Shown in pieces: positions 1 through 9,877 of a stretch of 55,334 bases of DNA; positions within the stretch are counted from its first letter, which is position 1, and every line of letters starts with the position of its first letter. Both the position numbers and the translations under genes were made by a program. The notes beneath the pieces are model-generated. The model did not search any database and had not been told where the DNA came from. It saw only the letters and a list, made by a program, of their open reading frames with translations. The stretch is taken from NCBI GenBank assembly GCA_020053475.1, contig JAGVNC010000099.1, positions 1 to 55,334 on the forward strand, in the 5' to 3' direction. Source of the stretch: Candidatus Omnitrophota bacterium. Lineage in GTDB: Bacteria; Omnitrophota; Gorgyraeia; Zapsychrales; Zapsychraceae.

Positions 1-1
1 C

Positions 2-973
2 CTGGAGCGCGAGCTTCTTTTGTCAGAATTGAAAAATGACCCTCGAGTGATTGAGGCATTTGTATTATCAACGTGTAATCGTACGGAAATTTATGCCCAT
101 TTGATCAGTGATGATCCTTCGGCTCTTTTTGATGTGCTTCGTCAAATTAAGAAAAATGTCTTGATCCCCGATTTAGGTGAATATTTTTATATCAAGAGGA
201 ACGAAGATGTTATTCGCCATTTCTTTGAAGTAACATGCGGCTTAGATTCGTTGGTCATTGGCGAGAAGCAAATCCTCGGCCAAGTCAAAAGTTCTGCTGA
301 ATTAGCCCGCCGGATGGGAGCCCTTGGCAAGGTTTTTAATATTTTGATCAATACGGCACTCCACGTTGGCAAGGCTGCACAAACGAAAACTCAAATAGGA
401 TGCGGCGGCTCATCAATAAGCTGGGCAGCCGTTGCCATGGCCCAAAGGATGTTAGGCTCTTTTGAGAGCAAAGTCATTCTTATTATAGGCGCAGGGAAGA
501 TGAGCCAATTAACAGCCGGGCAGCTCCTGCGGAAATCGGTCCAGGATATTTTTGTCATGAACCGGACATTTGAAAAAGCCCAGGAATTGGCCCAAAGGAT
601 CGGGGGACAGGCCGTTACATTTTTGGACCTTAAAAATATTTTAACCCGTATCGATGTTTGCATCTGCTCGGCCGGGGCCTCTTATTTCCTTATTGATTCG
701 GAAGCTGTTGATGAGGTCATGAAATTGCGCGGGGGAAGGCCGATATTATTTATTGATATTTCCACCCCGCGGAATATTAACCCTGATGTCGTGAAGATCC
801 CCAATGTGCAGCTTTTGTCCATCGATGACCTGCATAAAGTCATCGATGAGAATATCCAATCTCGTTATGAGGCAATTGTTATAGTAAAACAAATGATTGA
901 ACAAAGTGTCGCCCTCTTTCATAAAAAAATGATCAAAGGTAGATGCATGCCGTTGCCGGTTTGTGTCCGTTAA
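2..973 (+). CDS. hemA: Glutamyl-tRNA reductase (5'-partial)
   Basis: LSTCNRTEIY catalytic motif, LDSLVIGEKQILGQVK, GAGKM NADPH-binding motif, DISTPRNI. Frame is open from the window start. Confidence 0.95.
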   Translation: MERELLLSELKNDPRVIEAFVLSTCNRTEIYAHLISDDPSALFDVLRQIKKNVLIPDLGEYFYIKRNEDVIRHFFEVTCGLDSLVIGEKQILGQVKSSAELARRMGALGKVFNILINTALHVGKAAQTKTQIGCGGSSISWAAVAMAQRMLGSFESKVILIIGAGKMSQLTAGQLLRKSVQDIFVMNRTFEKAQELAQRIGGQAVTFLDLKNILTRIDVCICSAGASYFLIDSEAVDEVMKLRGGRPILFIDISTPRNINPDVVKIPNVQLLSIDDLHKVIDENIQSRYEAIVIVKQMIEQSVALFHKKMIKGRCMPLPVCVR

Positions 974-987
974 TGCAAGAAGAATCA

Positions 988-1110
988 ATGAAATCCAAGT
1001 TTGTATCCTTTATTTTATCTATGCCCTTCTTGACGATAACAACGTTGAGTTTCGCCAATGTTGATCAACTCAAAGTTTATCGGGAAGTTAACCCTGGAGA
1101 CAAGAAATGA
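988..1110 (+). CDS. 40-aa small ORF with signal peptide (possible truncated secreted protein)
   Basis: MKSKFVSFILSMPFLTITTLSFA|NVDQLKVYREVNPGDKK*. Its TGA overlaps the next ATG (ATGA), and it has an SFA cleavage site. Confidence 0.5.
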   Translation: MKSKFVSFILSMPFLTITTLSFANVDQLKVYREVNPGDKK

Positions 1111-1874
1111 AAAATTTTTTAAAAAGACAGATGGCTTCTTACGGTTTGTTATTCACTCTAAGTTTGATTGTCGTTAATGCTCAAGCCGCTACGGAGAAAC
1201 AAGGAAATTCTTCTATTAAAAGTGAGGCTACGTATGTGGGCGCAGAGACATGTGCTGTCTGCCATGAAGAAAAGAACCGGGAATATCAGCTCTCAACGCA
1301 TGCCCGGATAGCCACATCAAAGGAGAGCGAGTTTGTTGCGAATGGTTGCGAAATGTGCCACGGGCCGGGAAGCATCCATGTTGATGAGGGCGGCGGGAAA
1401 GGCACAATGATCAATCCTTCTAAGAACCCCAGTATTTGTTTTACATGCCATTTGGATAAAAAAGCGGAATTTTCTTTGCCTTATCACCATCCGGTGAATG
1501 AGGGAAAAATGAGCTGTTCCGACTGTCATAACCTGCATGGGACAGATCCCCGGCCATGGACATCAAGCTCTATGGATGATGTCAATGCTGTCTGTTTTAA
1601 ATGCCACAAAGAAATGCGAGGGCCTTTTGTTTTTGAACATGAGGCGATCAGTGAAGGTTGTACAACATGCCATAAAGTGCATGGTTCCATTCACGAAAAA
1701 ATGCTGTTTATCCGGGATATCAATTTGTGTTTGCGATGCCATACGCAAACAAATTACCCGACCATCGGTGATTTTAACCACGGGGTAACAAGATTTACTC
1801 AAGGCACCTGTTTTAGCGGTGGATGCCATACGGCAGTGCATGGCTCTAATTTTGATGACCATTTACGGTATTAG
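1107..1874 (+). CDS. Periplasmic multiheme cytochrome c, MtrA/DmsE-like (8 hemes)
   Basis: Signal peptide, YVGAETCAVCH start, 7 CxxCH plus CFSGGCH. HHPV-EGKMSCSDCHNLHG, RGPFVFEH and VHGSN motifs are typical of MtrA/DmsE. Confidence 0.85.
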   Translation: MKNFLKRQMASYGLLFTLSLIVVNAQAATEKQGNSSIKSEATYVGAETCAVCHEEKNREYQLSTHARIATSKESEFVANGCEMCHGPGSIHVDEGGGKGTMINPSKNPSICFTCHLDKKAEFSLPYHHPVNEGKMSCSDCHNLHGTDPRPWTSSSMDDVNAVCFKCHKEMRGPFVFEHEAISEGCTTCHKVHGSIHEKMLFIRDINLCLRCHTQTNYPTIGDFNHGVTRFTQGTCFSGGCHTAVHGSNFDDHLRY

Positions 1875-1893
1875 TCCAAAATAGGGGGGCGTT

Positions 1894-3951
1894 ATGAGAA
1901 TTGTTAGCGGCGTCATTTTTTTGACTTTAGGGATTGGCTTAATGACGATTGTCCTAAGAGCCGGACCTTCTTTTGCCGAGGATCCGAATACTTCTTTTAA
2001 GACAAGTGTCATGGGCAAGTGCACCCATGTTAAAGGAGATGTCGCAAAATTCCGTGCTCATACCTGGGCGAAAGATGGATGTGTGGATGGAGAAGGGATC
2101 TTCTTTGAAAAAGAGTCATCCGACGGCACAATAATGACTTTCGATGGAGATGTTGTCCCCCAGGAGAATGATCAGGACATTGATTTTACGTTGAGCAATG
2201 AGAATTGGGGGAATGTTAATCTTAGTTATGAGATGTTCAGAAAATACTACGATAATTCCGGAGGCTTCTATTATCCCTTTGCGACGTTAGAAAGTAACGA
2301 TGCCCAAGATGCCGACCTGGAATTGGACATCGGGAATTTTATGCTTGAATTTAATCCCAACTTTGAACATTTTCATGATATTAGTTTCATGTATGAACGT
2401 GAAACTAAGGATGGGCGCAAATCGCGTTTGACCTGGACCCCGGTCACTGAAGGGGCGCTCACGAAAAATATCGGCCCCGCCTGGCAAGACATTGATGAAA
2501 CAGCCAACATTTTTACGCTTAAAGGCGCCACAACATTGGCCGGATTCGACGTCCAGGGCCAGCAGCAATTCGAAATTGTTGACGCGAATCTGTCGCGGGA
2601 AGAAAAAAATCTTTCGACAAATTCTACCGCGTCCGAGAAGAAAATGAGGATCCAGGAACAAGAGCCTAAGACTAAACTGATGACAACCATTTTAAACGGA
2701 GAAAAATGGTATAACGATGATAAATCATTTCTTTCTTACGCGTACCGCTTTACTAAGCTCGAGAATGATGAACACGAAAAAATCACTGAAACAAATGAAT
2801 TTGGCGTGCCTACGACCTTTTCTAACCCTAAACAAATACTCCCGTCCGATGCCTCTAATTCAGTTCATTCTCATGCGTGGGTTGGGCATTATATGACTAA
2901 GCCGACACAAAAATTAAAATTAGCCGGGAAACTTAAAACAGAATACCTCAAAAAGGAAAGCCACTCACAATATAACCTTGATGCCTCACCCAGCAGTTCC
3001 GGGGGATCAACGCCAAACGGAGTGATTGATTCGCAGGATAATAACTATTCTACTAATGGGATATTTAACGTTGGGGAAAATCTATCGTTAGACTACAATA
3101 TTACTGATAAGGCAACGTTCTTTGGGGAGGCCGAGCTTGCTCAGTTAAGGAATCATATACGAGAAGAGCAGAAGAATATCAGCAATGTGTTGAGTTGGGA
3201 GAGGGAGACCATCGCCAAAACCACAAAAGGGATTGGAGTGTTGGGGGTCAGGTATGTTCCCGCCCGCCAGTTTAATATGACAACATATGTCCGTCATCGT
3301 CTTGAAAACAATGATTACGATGACAAAGTCGATACCCTTTTGGGTGTTAATTCAGCCTTTGTTGACAGTATGAAGCTCAACTCGGATGAACTTGCGACAA
3401 AATTTACCTGGAAACCATCTCAATGGTTTCAAGGAGGATTTCGGTATCAATATGTTCAGAATTTATATGATCTTCGAGTCGAAGAGCAAGAGAATGCCGT
3501 TTCAAAGATCAAATCACATACGTTTACTTATGATATCCTGGTTCAACCCATTGAAACGATTCTTACGAATCTTTCTTTTTCGAGACAGACATTCAATGCG
3601 ACGACACCAGCCGGGTCTAAAAGCACTGTTAAAATCCCGGGATTCAACGCCGATGTGAATAGCTGGATTCTGAGCAATAGTTATGTCCCTAATGAGGAAT
3701 TAACTTTCTCCAATGTCTTTTATTATTCCTTTGCCGATAATTTCAATGATTTTACTTCAAGCGCCTTACCATTAGCAATAAGTAATACGCGATATTCTAT
3801 TGATCTTAATGCTAATTGGGCCCCGGCTCATAAAGATTGGTCGGTCGAACCGCATTTTGCGTATTATAATTATAAAGGGACTTCAATTTCCGAATTTGGG
3901 GATTATACCGCTTCGGCCGTTTGGTTAACATTTAAATACGATTGGTTTTAA
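1894..3951 (+). CDS. Outer-membrane beta-barrel, MtrB/PioB-like porin
   Basis: Signal peptide, 685 aa with alternating amphipathic strands, C-terminal YDWF, located directly after an MtrA-like gene. Confidence 0.75.
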   Translation: MRIVSGVIFLTLGIGLMTIVLRAGPSFAEDPNTSFKTSVMGKCTHVKGDVAKFRAHTWAKDGCVDGEGIFFEKESSDGTIMTFDGDVVPQENDQDIDFTLSNENWGNVNLSYEMFRKYYDNSGGFYYPFATLESNDAQDADLELDIGNFMLEFNPNFEHFHDISFMYERETKDGRKSRLTWTPVTEGALTKNIGPAWQDIDETANIFTLKGATTLAGFDVQGQQQFEIVDANLSREEKNLSTNSTASEKKMRIQEQEPKTKLMTTILNGEKWYNDDKSFLSYAYRFTKLENDEHEKITETNEFGVPTTFSNPKQILPSDASNSVHSHAWVGHYMTKPTQKLKLAGKLKTEYLKKESHSQYNLDASPSSSGGSTPNGVIDSQDNNYSTNGIFNVGENLSLDYNITDKATFFGEAELAQLRNHIREEQKNISNVLSWERETIAKTTKGIGVLGVRYVPARQFNMTTYVRHRLENNDYDDKVDTLLGVNSAFVDSMKLNSDELATKFTWKPSQWFQGGFRYQYVQNLYDLRVEEQENAVSKIKSHTFTYDILVQPIETILTNLSFSRQTFNATTPAGSKSTVKIPGFNADVNSWILSNSYVPNEELTFSNVFYYSFADNFNDFTSSALPLAISNTRYSIDLNANWAPAHKDWSVEPHFAYYNYKGTSISEFGDYTASAVWLTFKYDWF

Positions 3952-4002
3952 CGTAATATTAGCTTCTTTCCCTTCCTTTAATAAAAACAATAAGGCGTTC
4001 CT

Positions 4003-5268
4003 TTGGCTCAAGATAAATTTAAAAATCAAAAATTTTCAGACTATTCTTATCATGTTATTTTTCTTCTAGGCGCAATCCTCGCCATTTTTTTTGTGGTGTT
4101 CCCTGCCTTCGCAGGGGCGCAGAAGATCGAAGGGAATGCCTGCATTGCCTGTCATGAAGATATTTGGCAAGAAGCTCAAGACAGTGTCCATTCACGTAAC
4201 GGAATTCTTTGTCAAGACTGCCATGGCGGAGATCCAACAAAATCAGATCCAGCCCTAGCAAAAAGCCCTGAGACGGGGTTTCGGGGGATTCCTGAAAAGA
4301 AGCAAATCGCCGAAATCTGCGGGAAATGCCATGCCGATGTAGAGTTTATGAATGCGTACGGCGTGCGCACTGACCAGCTTGAACGCTATAAGACAAGTGT
4401 CCATGGGAAAAAGCTTCTCATTGAGGGAGATCATAAAGTCGCTGTTTGCAGCGATTGTCATGGTTATCACGATGTCCTTCCCATCAGTGACGCCAATAGC
4501 CCGGTTTATCCTCTGAATATTCCCAAAACATGCAATCGTTGCCACGGCAATGATAAACTGATGTCAGGTTATGGACTCCCGACGGATATGTTTGAGAAAT
4601 ACAGCAAAAGTGTTCACGGGCAGGCCTTATTCGAGAAAAAAGATTTTTCTGTTGCCAATTGTGCCAGCTGTCATGGAAGTCATGGAGCTGTCCCCCCGGG
4701 GGTCAAGGAAATCAGCGCAACGTGCGGCAAATGCCATATTAATGAAAAAAAATATTTTCTAGAAAGCGTGCATGCCAAAGCGAATGAAGAGGGCAATTTT
4801 TCTGAATGTATCTCTTGCCACAGTAATCACGCGATTCAGAAACCAACCCCTGCGCTATACGAAACGGCGTGTGTTCAATGCCATGACGAGAAGAGTGATG
4901 CCGTTGAGCAAGGAAGAAAGATATCCGGGATGCTGTATCATGCAAATGAAAAATTTAAGTTGACGGAAATTTTGGTTAAAAAGGCGTCCATGGAAGGGAT
5001 TTTTGTTGAGGAAGAAACGGCGTCGCTGGAAGAGGCTAAATCGAATGTCACCGGCATGGCTCCTCTTCAACATACATTGTCCATTGAAAAAATAACGGAT
5101 TTGGATCAGCAGGCCAACCAGAGATTCGCCGAGATTGAAAAAAATATTAATCAAAAACGGCAAAATCTTAAAATGCGCAAAATTGCGCTTATTCCTATTT
5201 GGATATTTATCGCCGTCATGGCAATTGTTTTATGGATGAAATACAACCGCCTCAAATCAGGAAAATGA
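4003..5268 (+). CDS. Membrane-anchored nonaheme cytochrome c
   Basis: 9 CxxCH motifs, N-terminal signal, helical region, C-terminal TM helix (IALIPIWIFIAVMAIVLW). Confidence 0.9.
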   Translation: MAQDKFKNQKFSDYSYHVIFLLGAILAIFFVVFPAFAGAQKIEGNACIACHEDIWQEAQDSVHSRNGILCQDCHGGDPTKSDPALAKSPETGFRGIPEKKQIAEICGKCHADVEFMNAYGVRTDQLERYKTSVHGKKLLIEGDHKVAVCSDCHGYHDVLPISDANSPVYPLNIPKTCNRCHGNDKLMSGYGLPTDMFEKYSKSVHGQALFEKKDFSVANCASCHGSHGAVPPGVKEISATCGKCHINEKKYFLESVHAKANEEGNFSECISCHSNHAIQKPTPALYETACVQCHDEKSDAVEQGRKISGMLYHANEKFKLTEILVKKASMEGIFVEEETASLEEAKSNVTGMAPLQHTLSIEKITDLDQQANQRFAEIEKNINQKRQNLKMRKIALIPIWIFIAVMAIVLWMKYNRLKSGK

Positions 5269-5278
5269 AAGGGATTCC

Positions 5279-5749
5279 GTGGATCCATCGTTAAATGAAA
5301 AGACAGGGGAGACTCTTTTAGAGAAAAAATCGGTTTCCAGGCGAGATTTTCTTGATTATATTATTCAGGGAGGGTTGTTGGCGACGTTCATGGCAATGTT
5401 ATTACCGGCATTGTCCTATTTATGGCCGGTGACGCGAAGAGGCCCTGCCGGGGGGATGATGGATGTTGGCCTTCTGGATGAAATCCCGATTGGCGGGTCA
5501 AAAAAGGTTGTTGTGGAAGGAAGCGTCTTTTTGCTAGTACGGACAGATGATGGCGTTAAAGCCTTTTCTGCTATTTGCACGCATTTAGGTTGTGTGGTCG
5601 CCTGGGATGCGGCCAAAAAACAGATTGAATGCCCTTGTCATGCGGGAGTTTTTGATTTGGATGGGAGGGTGGTTTCCGGGCCGCCTCCCAGGCCATTGCC
5701 TATTCATCTAGCCAATATTGTCGATGGGAAAATCTATATTCAGGTATAA
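5279..5749 (+). CDS. Rieske 2Fe-2S protein of a Rieske/cytochrome b complex
   Basis: SRRDFL Tat motif with TM helix; CTHLGC and CPCH boxes; SGPPPRPL. Confidence 0.95.
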   Translation: MDPSLNEKTGETLLEKKSVSRRDFLDYIIQGGLLATFMAMLLPALSYLWPVTRRGPAGGMMDVGLLDEIPIGGSKKVVVEGSVFLLVRTDDGVKAFSAICTHLGCVVAWDAAKKQIECPCHAGVFDLDGRVVSGPPPRPLPIHLANIVDGKIYIQV

Positions 5750-5755
5750 CAATAT

Positions 5756-6916
5756 ATGTCGATGAAAAACATTATTAGTCACTGGATTAATGAGCGCTTT
5801 GAAGTTGAGAAAATCAAAGGGCCGTTAAAAAAGCAGCTTGAAAAGCCGTTGCCGGGCCATGTTAGTTGGTTTCATACTTTGGGGAGCATGTCGTTTTTTC
5901 TTTTTATCAGCCAGGTGTTAACGGGAATCCTCCTCCTTGTTTATTATCGGCCGACGGTGGATGAGGCTTTTCAAAGCGTTAAGTTTATTACAACACAAGC
6001 GTACATGGGATGGCTGTACAGGCAAATTCATGCCTGGGGCGCCAACCTGATGATTATTATTGTTTTTTTACATATGCTGCGGACGTTTGTTACCGGCTCT
6101 TTTAAAAAGCCAAGAGAAATTACCTGGATTATCGGGGTCTTTCTTTTTATTTTGACGTTAGTTTTCGGCTTTACGGGTTACCTCCTTCCGTGGAATCAAT
6201 TGGCTTATTGGGCGACAACGGTCGGGACGGAGATTGCGGGGGCCATCCCTTTTGTTGGAGAATGGATTAAGACCCTTTTGCGGGGAGGGCCCAATGTCGG
6301 GGGAGAAACGTTGTCGAGATTTTTTGTTGTGCACGTGATCATTCTTCCTTGGGCAGTATTTTTCTTAATCGCTATTCATCTTTTCTTTGTGCGTTGGCAA
6401 GGGATTGCGACGATGGATCCCGTTGATCAAGCAAAAGAGCCCAAGCCGGAGAAGAGCATCCCATTTTTCCCTCATCATGCGTTGAAAGAGGGAATTGTAT
6501 TTTTTATTTTATTAGGCTGGATGATTACATTATCGGTTCTGATGCCGTTTGAACTAGGGGAGGTCGCTAATCCTCTTGTGACACCGTTAGCGATCAAGCC
6601 TGAATGGTATTTTCTTCCAATGTATCAAGTGATTAAATATTTCTCCAAGCTGGCTGGTATTTTTGTCGTTTCCCTTGCTCCGCTCTTTCTTCTGGTTTGG
6701 CCTTTTCTCGACAAAAGTAAAGAACGTCATCCGCTCAAGAGGCCGGTATCCATGACGATAGGGGTATTAGTTGTTTTTTCTTTATTGTTTTTTGGATTTT
6801 TGGGACATTTTTCAGAGTCGAAACGACGGATTTTGGGGAAAGAATATGAATTTGACATTTACGGCAAGCCACATGTTGTTTCGGGAGACGGTATCCAGCA
6901 AGAAGGTAAAAAATAG
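5756..6916 (+). CDS. Cytochrome b (unsplit) of a Rieske/cytochrome b complex
   Basis: RQIHAWGAN and LHMLR heme ligands, GYLLPWNQLAYW, PEWY Qo motif. Confidence 0.95.
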   Translation: MSMKNIISHWINERFEVEKIKGPLKKQLEKPLPGHVSWFHTLGSMSFFLFISQVLTGILLLVYYRPTVDEAFQSVKFITTQAYMGWLYRQIHAWGANLMIIIVFLHMLRTFVTGSFKKPREITWIIGVFLFILTLVFGFTGYLLPWNQLAYWATTVGTEIAGAIPFVGEWIKTLLRGGPNVGGETLSRFFVVHVIILPWAVFFLIAIHLFFVRWQGIATMDPVDQAKEPKPEKSIPFFPHHALKEGIVFFILLGWMITLSVLMPFELGEVANPLVTPLAIKPEWYFLPMYQVIKYFSKLAGIFVVSLAPLFLLVWPFLDKSKERHPLKRPVSMTIGVLVVFSLLFFGFLGHFSESKRRILGKEYEFDIYGKPHVVSGDGIQQEGKK

Positions 6917-6956
6917 AAAATATTGAGTTCAAAGTATAACTTGAAAGGAGTGTCTT

Positions 6957-7511
6957 ATGATTAAACACAGTTCTTTTTTTGCCGCCATGGGGCTATTCAT
7001 CAGTTTGATCGCCTGCGATTCGGGTTCTTCCTGCCATGCGGCCACTGTCCCTGAGCATGAATTTGTCGGCGTAAGCAAATGTTCTCTTTGTCACAAGAAA
7101 CCAGAGAAGGGGGAACAATATCTGATTTGGCAGGAATCCAAACATTCTAAAGCATTCGAAGTTTTAGGGACTCCTGAAGCGAAAGAAATCGCTGCTCAAA
7201 GAGGAGTGGATGACCCGCAAACAAGCGGAAAATGCCTAAAATGTCATTCCACCGCTTATTGGTTTTCGGAAAATAAAGTTACCGAAAATATTCCCGTTGA
7301 GGAGGGCATTTCCTGCGAGACATGCCACGGCCCGGGGAAAGATTATATGAAGAAGAGCGTTATGGAAGATAAAGATGCAGCGATCGCCGCGGGGTTGGTC
7401 ATTGCAGATGAAAAAGTTTGTCTGCAGTGCCACAACGAAGACAGCCCTAACTATAAACCGTTTGATTTTAAAATAATGTGGGATAAAATTAAACATCCTA
7501 TTTTAAAATAA
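6957..7511 (+). CDS. Tetraheme cytochrome c (c554-like)
   Basis: 4 CxxCH motifs, FVGVSKCSLCH...SKHSKAF pattern, N-terminal signal with possible lipobox (LIAC). Confidence 0.85.
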   Translation: MIKHSSFFAAMGLFISLIACDSGSSCHAATVPEHEFVGVSKCSLCHKKPEKGEQYLIWQESKHSKAFEVLGTPEAKEIAAQRGVDDPQTSGKCLKCHSTAYWFSENKVTENIPVEEGISCETCHGPGKDYMKKSVMEDKDAAIAAGLVIADEKVCLQCHNEDSPNYKPFDFKIMWDKIKHPILK

Positions 7512-7529
7512 ACATATTTTTTAATTGAG

Positions 7530-7561
7530 ATAATGGGAGGTGATGAACCTCCCATTATTTT
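7530..7561 (+). terminator. Intra-operon stem-loop / intrinsic terminator-like
   Basis: ataatgggaggt-gatga-acctcccattat: perfect 12-bp stem followed by T residues. Confidence 0.6.
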
Positions 7562-7573
7562 AATGGTGGTTAA

Positions 7574-9067
7574 ATGCCCCCTGAAAATCAACAAAAACAA
7601 AGTTACTTTCACAACTGGATCAGTGTCCTTGGAATAATCTTTTCTGTCATCTGGTTTGTCATCATTTTGTTTTTGTGGATATTAGATTTTACCGCGAAAG
7701 AAAAAAATCCCTATCTCGGCGTTGTCATCTATTTTTTCCTTCCCATGTTGCTGACTTTCAGCTTGGTTGTTATCCCCTTAGGCGCCTGGCGGGAACGGAA
7801 GAAAAGATTAAGAGGGATTAAAGTCAGGCGATTTCCTATTATTGATTTTAACAACCCCCATCATCAGCAGTTGGCTTATACCATCTGGGGGATTGTGACT
7901 CTGTTTTTCCTTTTTACGTTAGTTGGCGTTTATCAAGGGTACCATTTTACAGAATCAAATGAATTCTGCGGGAAGCTTTGTCATGAGGTGATGAAGCCGG
8001 AATTTGTCGCGTACTCCCAATCCCCTCATGCCCGGGTGAAATGTGTGGAATGCCACATTGGTCCGGGGGTGAACTGGTTCGTCCGTTCTAAATTATCCGG
8101 GACATATCAGGTTTTTTCCGTTCTTGCTAAGAAATATCCGCGCCCCATTGAGACCCCGGTTAAGAATTTACGCCCTGCCCAGGAAACCTGTGAAGAATGT
8201 CATTGGCCTAGGCAGTTTTATGGGGCGGTTGAAAGAAACCATCAATATTATATGCCGGATGAAAAGAATTCTCCCTGGCAGACGCGATTGCTCATTAGAG
8301 TCGGCGGGGGCGTTCCTCCGTATGGGAAAGAAGAGGGCATCCACTGGCACATGAATATTAAGGATAAAGTTTACTATATTGCCAGTGATGATAAGCGCCA
8401 GGTGATTCCGTGGATAAAAACTGTGAGCCCGGATGGGAAAGAAAGAATTTTCGTCGATAAAACATCAAAATTTACAGCGGCCAATCCTCCTGACAAAGAA
8501 ATGCGTTTGATGGATTGTATGGATTGCCATAACCGGCCTAGCCATGTTTTCAAATCTCCTTCAGTCGCCATTGATGAAGCGATGGCGTACGGAGCTATTG
8601 ACCAGTCGCTTCCCTATATCAAACGAGAAGCGGTTAAGGCCCTTTTCGCAGATTATTCTTCCCAGCCAGAAGCGAAAATAAAAATTCAGCAGAACCTGGA
8701 AAATTTTTATCAAAAAAATTACCCGCAAGAATGGTCGGAGAAAAAGGAAAATATCAACAAGGCGGTTCAATCTATTATACAAATTTATGGAACTAATTTT
8801 TTCCCGGAAATGAAAGTTTCCTGGAAAGAGTATCCGAATAATATCGGGCATTGGATTTTCCCGGGATGTTTCCGCTGCCACGATGAGAATCATAAAACGG
8901 AAGACGGAACAACTCTTTCGAGAGAATGCAACACCTGCCACACCATTATTGAACAGGGCGCGCCGGACTCTTTAGAAAAGAATGCGGAGGGGCTCAGCTT
9001 TCGTCATCCGGAAGAAGATGAATCGTGGAAAGAAATGAGTTGTAGTGAATGTCATGAGGGGAAATAA
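7574..9067 (+). CDS. Inner-membrane NapC/NirT-type heptaheme cytochrome, ImcH-like
   Basis: Three N-terminal TM helices, TESNEFCGKLCH (CX3CH) plus 6 CxxCH. The 3 TM + NapC/NirT domain + 7 heme layout matches Geobacter ImcH. Confidence 0.8.
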   Translation: MPPENQQKQSYFHNWISVLGIIFSVIWFVIILFLWILDFTAKEKNPYLGVVIYFFLPMLLTFSLVVIPLGAWRERKKRLRGIKVRRFPIIDFNNPHHQQLAYTIWGIVTLFFLFTLVGVYQGYHFTESNEFCGKLCHEVMKPEFVAYSQSPHARVKCVECHIGPGVNWFVRSKLSGTYQVFSVLAKKYPRPIETPVKNLRPAQETCEECHWPRQFYGAVERNHQYYMPDEKNSPWQTRLLIRVGGGVPPYGKEEGIHWHMNIKDKVYYIASDDKRQVIPWIKTVSPDGKERIFVDKTSKFTAANPPDKEMRLMDCMDCHNRPSHVFKSPSVAIDEAMAYGAIDQSLPYIKREAVKALFADYSSQPEAKIKIQQNLENFYQKNYPQEWSEKKENINKAVQSIIQIYGTNFFPEMKVSWKEYPNNIGHWIFPGCFRCHDENHKTEDGTTLSRECNTCHTIIEQGAPDSLEKNAEGLSFRHPEEDESWKEMSCSECHEGK

Positions 9068-9130
9068 TTGACAGACCGGTGAGGAACTGAACCGGCATCG
9101 CTGTAGTAAAAAAAACTATAGGAGTTTGAA

Positions 9131-9877
9131 TTGAAACTGCCAAAAATCCCCCAACAAATTATCAGTTTATTCATCCTTCTCTTGGTGGTCTTAACCGGTT
9201 TTCTTTTCGCCCGTAAATATTTTACACCACCCAGTTTTGGTCTGTACGGACATTACCGTGCTAATGCCGTTGATGAAATAAAAGCAAGGGGAATGAAGTA
9301 CGCAGGTTCTGAGTCTTGTATTGAATGCCACGACGATATCTATAATCTTAAAGCCAAGGGATATCATAAAAACGTCGCTTGTGAGATTTGTCATGGGCCC
9401 GCTGGAAAGCATGCCGACGATCCATCGGAAACATCACCGGAAATCCCTCATGATCGCAGCAAGTGTACGATCTGTCATGATTACAACCTGGCACGGCCGA
9501 CGGGATTCCCTCAAATTATTGCCAACCAGCACAATCCCGGGAAATTTTGTACACAGTGCCATCAAGCTCATAATCCGACACTGCCCCACACACCAAATGA
9601 ATGCGGCGCCTGCCATCGTGAAATCGCCAGCCAAAAAATGGTTTCCCATCACGCCTCGTTAGAATGCACAACGTGTCATGAGGCTCCCCTTGAGCATTTG
9701 ACGGACCCCCGTTCTTTTGAGGTCAAGAAGCCTATGACGAAGGAATTTTGCGGCCAATGTCACGCCCGCGATGCAAATAGCCCGGTGGAAATCCCGAGAA
9801 TCGATCTACAGATACATGGGGGGCGTTATCTGTGCTGGGATTGTCATTATCCGCATAACCCGGAGGCGAATCGATGA
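9131..9877 (+). CDS. Membrane-anchored octaheme cytochrome c (CbcS-like)
   Basis: N-terminal TM helix, PPSFGLYGHYRA, 8 CxxCH; overlaps the NrfC-like gene that follows. Confidence 0.8.
   Translation: MKLPKIPQQIISLFILLLVVLTGFLFARKYFTPPSFGLYGHYRANAVDEIKARGMKYAGSESCIECHDDIYNLKAKGYHKNVACEICHGPAGKHADDPSETSPEIPHDRSKCTICHDYNLARPTGFPQIIANQHNPGKFCTQCHQAHNPTLPHTPNECGACHREIASQKMVSHHASLECTTCHEAPLEHLTDPRSFEVKKPMTKEFCGQCHARDANSPVEIPRIDLQIHGGRYLCWDCHYPHNPEANR

Noticed and set aside
6957-7040. CDSGSSCH as a fifth heme site
   Set aside because: CX5CH spacing at the signal-peptide or lipobox boundary; not counted.
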